Shown: positions 60,373 to 64,000 of the stretch, piece after piece
How positions within the stretch are numbered: position 1 is the first letter of the stretch
Layout of the letters: the number at the start of each line of letters is the position of its first letter
Assembly: GCA_963750165.1 (NCBI GenBank)
Contig: CAVVPN010000003.1
Span: forward strand, 384,001 to 448,000
DNA from: an uncultured Gemmataceae bacterium
Lineage (GTDB): Bacteria > Planctomycetota > Planctomycetia > Gemmatales > Gemmataceae
Direction: 5' to 3'
Length of the DNA: 64,000 nt
Program-made: the position numbers and the translations under genes
The notes under the pieces: generated by a model
What the model was told of the DNA's origin: nothing
The model's database searches: none
What the model saw: only the letters and a program-made list of their open reading frames with translations

Positions 60373-60451
60373 AAAAGTTAACATCATGATTTTGCTGCTT
60401 TTATACAGGACCAAAGCGCCAACGTTCGTTTACTTTTTGCACCGAAATGCG

Positions 60452-60483
60452 ACGAACCCGACGCGCTGGCGCGTCGGGTTCGT
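60452..60483. terminator. Hairpin downstream of paralog 2
   Basis: ACGAACCCGACGCGC/GCGCGTCGGGTTCGT 15-bp stem. Confidence 0.6.
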
Positions 60484-60535
60484 GAATAGTTTCTCTGTCG
60501 AAATCATGTCGTGAGCGTCCGAGTCCCGCGGACGC

Positions 60536-61762
60536 TCACGAGCCAGGACCGGAGGGCGGCGCTTCCAGGAAATTAAACCCGGTGTCGGTGGCGCCCGCCG
60601 TCACGACGATGTTGGAAATGACGCCGTTGCCCGCCGTGCCGTTGCCCGGTGGCGCGGTCGCCTGCTCGTCGGTGCTGCCGGGCGCGGAGACGGTAAGCGT
60701 GTAGGTGCCCGCCGCCAGGTTGGTGAAACTGTAGCCGCCGTTGGCGTCCGTCGTGACCGTGAGGTTCACCGCATATCCCTGGGAGTCGGTGCCGGTCAAC
60801 GTTACCGTCGCCCCGGCGTATCCTGAGTCCCCGGCGTCCTGCACCCCGGTGCCGTTGCAGTCGTTGGTGACGGTGCCGGACAGCGAGGCCGTGGCCGGCG
60901 GCGCCACTGGCTGAGTGCCGCCGTTGTCCTGGCTCAGCAGCCGCCCCTGCGCGCTGTAGAACAGGTTGCTCCCCGCCGGACCGAACTGGGTGATCGCCGC
61001 GCCCACCACGAAATCCACCTCGTAATAGTTGCCGGGCAGCTGCGCAGTGAGGGTGTGTTGCCCAGGCCCGAACGTCTGCGTCATGGCCTGCGCGGCCACG
61101 TCCTGGCTGGCGGTACTGGTGTCGAAGGTCGGGCCGACGGTGTTGTAAGCGACCAGCGTGACGGTCGCGCTGCCGGCCTGTGCTGGGACGCTAAAGTTGG
61201 CGGTGATCGTGTTGCCCTGCTGGGTCTGGCTGTGCAGGTTGGTAACGGTGGTCTGGGTGCCGCTGGCGTTCGTGATCGTGTAGCTGACGCCGGTGACGGC
61301 GGACGTGTTCGGCTTCCGAAAGTTGGCGAAGTCCTCGCCGGTGACCGCCTGGCCGGCCGCCAGGTTGACCGTGTAGGAGGAATTCAGCAGCGGGACGGTG
61401 CGCACGTAGCCGTTCGGCACGCTCTCCTGGACGACATAGGAACCCGCGGGCAAACCGGCGAAGGTATAGGAACCATCCGTGCCGGTGACCGTTGTGGCCG
61501 CCGGCAGATCGAGGATGTTGAGCAGGCCCAGGACGCCGGTGTGCTCCTGGTAGAGCGACACTTGAGCGCCGGCCTGACCGGCGCCGAGCGCGGCGGCGCC
61601 GTTGCCGGTCGTGTCGAGGAAGACGTGGCCGCTGATGCTCGCCGGCACACGCCGGTCCTCCAAGCACTCCAGGGCAGGGCGGAAGCTGGACGGCTTGCGC
61701 GGCAGGCGGGTGGTAGACTTCCCCCACAGGCGGGTCAACAAACTGTTGACGGGACGGGACAT
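60536..61762 (-). CDS. Extracellular SdrD-B-like domain protein, paralog 2
   Basis: MSRPVNSLLTRLWGK...FRPALECLEDRRVPA; same architecture; ends FLEAPPSGPGS; AGGAG RBS. Confidence 0.88.
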   Translation of the reverse strand: MSRPVNSLLTRLWGKSTTRLPRKPSSFRPALECLEDRRVPASISGHVFLDTTGNGAAALGAGQAGAQVSLYQEHTGVLGLLNILDLPAATTVTGTDGSYTFAGLPAGSYVVQESVPNGYVRTVPLLNSSYTVNLAAGQAVTGEDFANFRKPNTSAVTGVSYTITNASGTQTTVTNLHSQTQQGNTITANFSVPAQAGSATVTLVAYNTVGPTFDTSTASQDVAAQAMTQTFGPGQHTLTAQLPGNYYEVDFVVGAAITQFGPAGSNLFYSAQGRLLSQDNGGTQPVAPPATASLSGTVTNDCNGTGVQDAGDSGYAGATVTLTGTDSQGYAVNLTVTTDANGGYSFTNLAAGTYTLTVSAPGSTDEQATAPPGNGTAGNGVISNIVVTAGATDTGFNFLEAPPSGPGS

Positions 61763-62094
61763 CAAGGACTCCTGGGTTGAAAGAAGGTGAGTGGGTTGAA
61801 CTGAACCAAACAGTAGTGTGGTTGAAGGTGTGTGGCGGGTTGATCCGTTGGGGAACACACCTCGTGCGGTGGTCTCGGGCGGCGGCCCGAAGTTGTGAGA
61901 CCTCGGGGTCGCCCTCCTCAAGTCAAACGGCTTCGGCCGGGCTCACCCGCCAGATGAATTTTGCAGAAATGTGCGGAACGATCAGGCAGAAATGACGCGG
62001 GCCTGGCCGGCGGACACTCGGTTTCCCGAGCGCCCGTCGGCCAGGCCGTGATGCGACCACCAGCGGAGAACTGGTCAGCGCACTCCGCGAGCAC

Positions 62095-63319
62095 TCAGGA
62101 GCCCGGACCGGACATGGTGGGGGGCAGTTCCAGGAAGTTGTAGCCCGTGTCCGTGGCCCCGGAGGTCACGACGATGCTGGTGACGGTGCCGGTGCCCGCG
62201 GTGCCGGTGCCCGGCGGAGCAGTCGCCTGCTCGTCGGTGTAACCCATCTGGCTGGCGGAGACGGTGACCGTGTAGGTGCCCGGCCGCAGCCCGGTGAACA
62301 GGTAATTGCCGTTCGTGTCCGTTGCGACGGACACGTTCACCACCTGGCCCAGGTCGTTGGTGCCCGTCAGCGTCACGGTTGCCCCGGTGAGGCCGGTGTT
62401 CGGCATCATGCTGGCGCTGTTGTCGCTGGTGACGGTGCCGGACAGCGAACTGAGTGCCGGCGCCACGGTGCCGCCGTTGTCGGCGCTGAGCAGCCGGTCC
62501 TGAGCGCTGTAGAACATATTACTCCCGGCCGGCCCGAGTTGTTGAATGGCCGCGCCCATCACGAAATCAATCTGGTAATAGTTCTGCGGCACCTGGACCG
62601 TGAGCGACTGCGGCCCCGGGCCGAACGTGCCGGAGACGATCTCCACGGGCGTCTGCTGACTGGCGGTGTTGGCGTCGAATGATGAGCCCGGGGCGTCATA
62701 AGCGACCAGGCTAACGGTCACGTTCGAGGCGGTCGGGGCGACCGTGAAATTGGCGGTGACCGTGTCGCCCTGCCGGGTCTGGCCGCGCAGGTTGGTGACG
62801 GTGGTCTGCGTGCCGTCAGGGCTCGTGATCGTGAAGCTGATGTTGCTCACGACGCTGGTGTTCAGTTCCTGGAAGTTTGCGAAGTTCTGGCCGCTGACGG
62901 CCTGGCCAGCGGCCAGGGTCTCGGTCAAGTAAGAACTCGCCGTGGTCGGGAGGGTGCGCACATAGTTGCTCGGCACACTCTCCTTGACGAAGTAGGTGCC
63001 CGCGGCCAGGCCGGTAAACGAATAGGAGCCGTCCGTGGCAGTGGTCTTCGTGGCCACCATCGGGTCCGCGGAGTCGAGGACGCCGTTTTGGTTGGTGTCC
63101 GCGTACAGATGCACCTGGACGCTGGCCTGGCCGGCGCCGAGCGAGGCGGCGCCGTTGCCCGCCGTGTCAATGTAGACGTTGCCAGCGATGCTGGCGGTGT
63201 TCGCCGGCACGCGCCGGTCCTCCAGGTACTCCAGGCCAGGGCGGAAGGCCGGCTTCTTGCGCCGGGGTCGTTTGGCGAGTCTGCAGACGATGCAACAACG
63301 TTCCCATCAATTCGGACAT
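62095..63319 (-). CDS. Extracellular SdrD-B-like domain protein, paralog 3; frameshift near 63245
   Basis: MSELMGTLLHRLQ...LEYLEDRRVPA; ends FLELPPTMSGPGS; AGGAGG RBS. Confidence 0.85.
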
Positions 63320-63412
63320 GGAAAAACCTCCTGAGGTAATGCAACGCCGCCGTGGCCAAATGGTATTGGACGAGTAGTGGCAAGCACGGTGCTCGGGTGG
63401 GGGATTTGCTGA

Positions 63413-63440
63413 AGCGTATCTTGCTCCCGGTGTTTGTCAA
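63413..63440 (-). promoter_or_regulatory. Predicted promoter TTGACA-N16-TACGCT (paralog 3)
   Basis: About 93 bp upstream of ATG 63319. Confidence 0.7.
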
Positions 63441-63633
63441 AAATGTTAACACCTGGCCTGTGTTACCTTGCTTCATCATTTTCATGCGGAGTGCGGCAAC
63501 GAGCGCACGCCGCCAGGCCGGTTCAGATCCGATACCGGCGCACCAATCGACAAAATCCTCAAAGTCAACGCCATCGCGTGCCGATCAAGAAATAGGGCTT
63601 TCTTCGCCCCAACCCCTTCCACGGAGAGAAGCC

Positions 63634-64000
63634 ATGTCCGCTCGCCACCAGGACGTTGGTGCCGGTTCGCCGCCGGCCCAGGCCGTGTGCTACCTGGTGG
63701 TGCCGGCGGGGCCGGACGGGCGCGGGCCGGCGGCTCTCTCCGGCCTCGGCTGGGAACTGCTGGTCCGGCTCCGGCAGCTCGCCGATCACTGTTGCGGCGC
63801 GACGCACCTGGTCGCGGCCGCGCCGTACAGTCCGTTCCTCTGGTCCTTCGACGAGGGCCGGGCCAGCGCCGTGGCGGACCTCGCCCGGGACCGGCCCGTC
63901 GCCCTGCTGGCCAACGCCGCCTTTTTTCTGGAGTCGCAACCGCCCGTGGCCGCGCTGCTGGCCGCGGCCGTCCGGGACGGCCTGGCGGTCCACGCGGGTG
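63634..64000 (+). CDS. 5' part of a hypothetical protein running off the right edge (MSARHQDVG...)
   Basis: GGAGAG RBS, ATG 63634, frame open to the window end. Confidence 0.6.
   Translation, partial: MSARHQDVGAGSPPAQAVCYLVVPAGPDGRGPAALSGLGWELLVRLRQLADHCCGATHLVAAAPYSPFLWSFDEGRASAVADLARDRPVALLANAAFFLESQPPVAALLAAAVRDGLAVHAG

Noticed and set aside
58576..63319. Diversity-generating retroelement acting on the paralog array
   Set aside because: No reverse transcriptase in the window and no template/variable repeat pair with adenine-specific differences seen
1..64000. tRNA, rRNA, integrase, transposase or prophage genes
   Set aside because: None recognisable; intergenic hairpins lack tRNA cloverleaf features

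Overview
High-GC bacterial DNA with a planctomycete (Gemmataceae-like) gene complement: DUF1559 prepilin-like protein, ECF sigma-WD40 fusion, PVC-type CxxCH heme protein, DUF1571 and LE-x-R-x-VPA extracellular proteins. About 48 CDS can be supported. They include housekeeping genes (icd, lysS, lolE/lolD, ilvE), a porin plus RND efflux cluster, an ABC exporter, a Ser/Thr kinase-TPR cluster, several secreted hydrolases and a small islet that looks lower in GC. About 15 apparent single-base frameshifts in GC runs are most likely assembly errors. I saw no rRNA, tRNA, CRISPR array, integrase or transposase. Main points of interest: (1) a tandem array of three SdrD-B-like surface proteins sharing an unassigned middle domain and a C-terminal GPGS tail, plus a collapsed fourth copy that keeps its promoter; (2) a ~295-bp MITE-like element present twice, with duplicated 9-mer arrays; (3) about 20 intergenic palindromes from at least five GTAG-REP families and several tandem-unit inverted-repeat families, some nested or supplying stop codons; (4) eight predicted promoters that all have a 16-bp -35/-10 spacer; (5) a small-protein plus retropepsin-like protease pair; (6) a Wza-like gene carrying an apparent ECF-fusion remnant. 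All family assignments come from motif recognition by eye, not from database searches.
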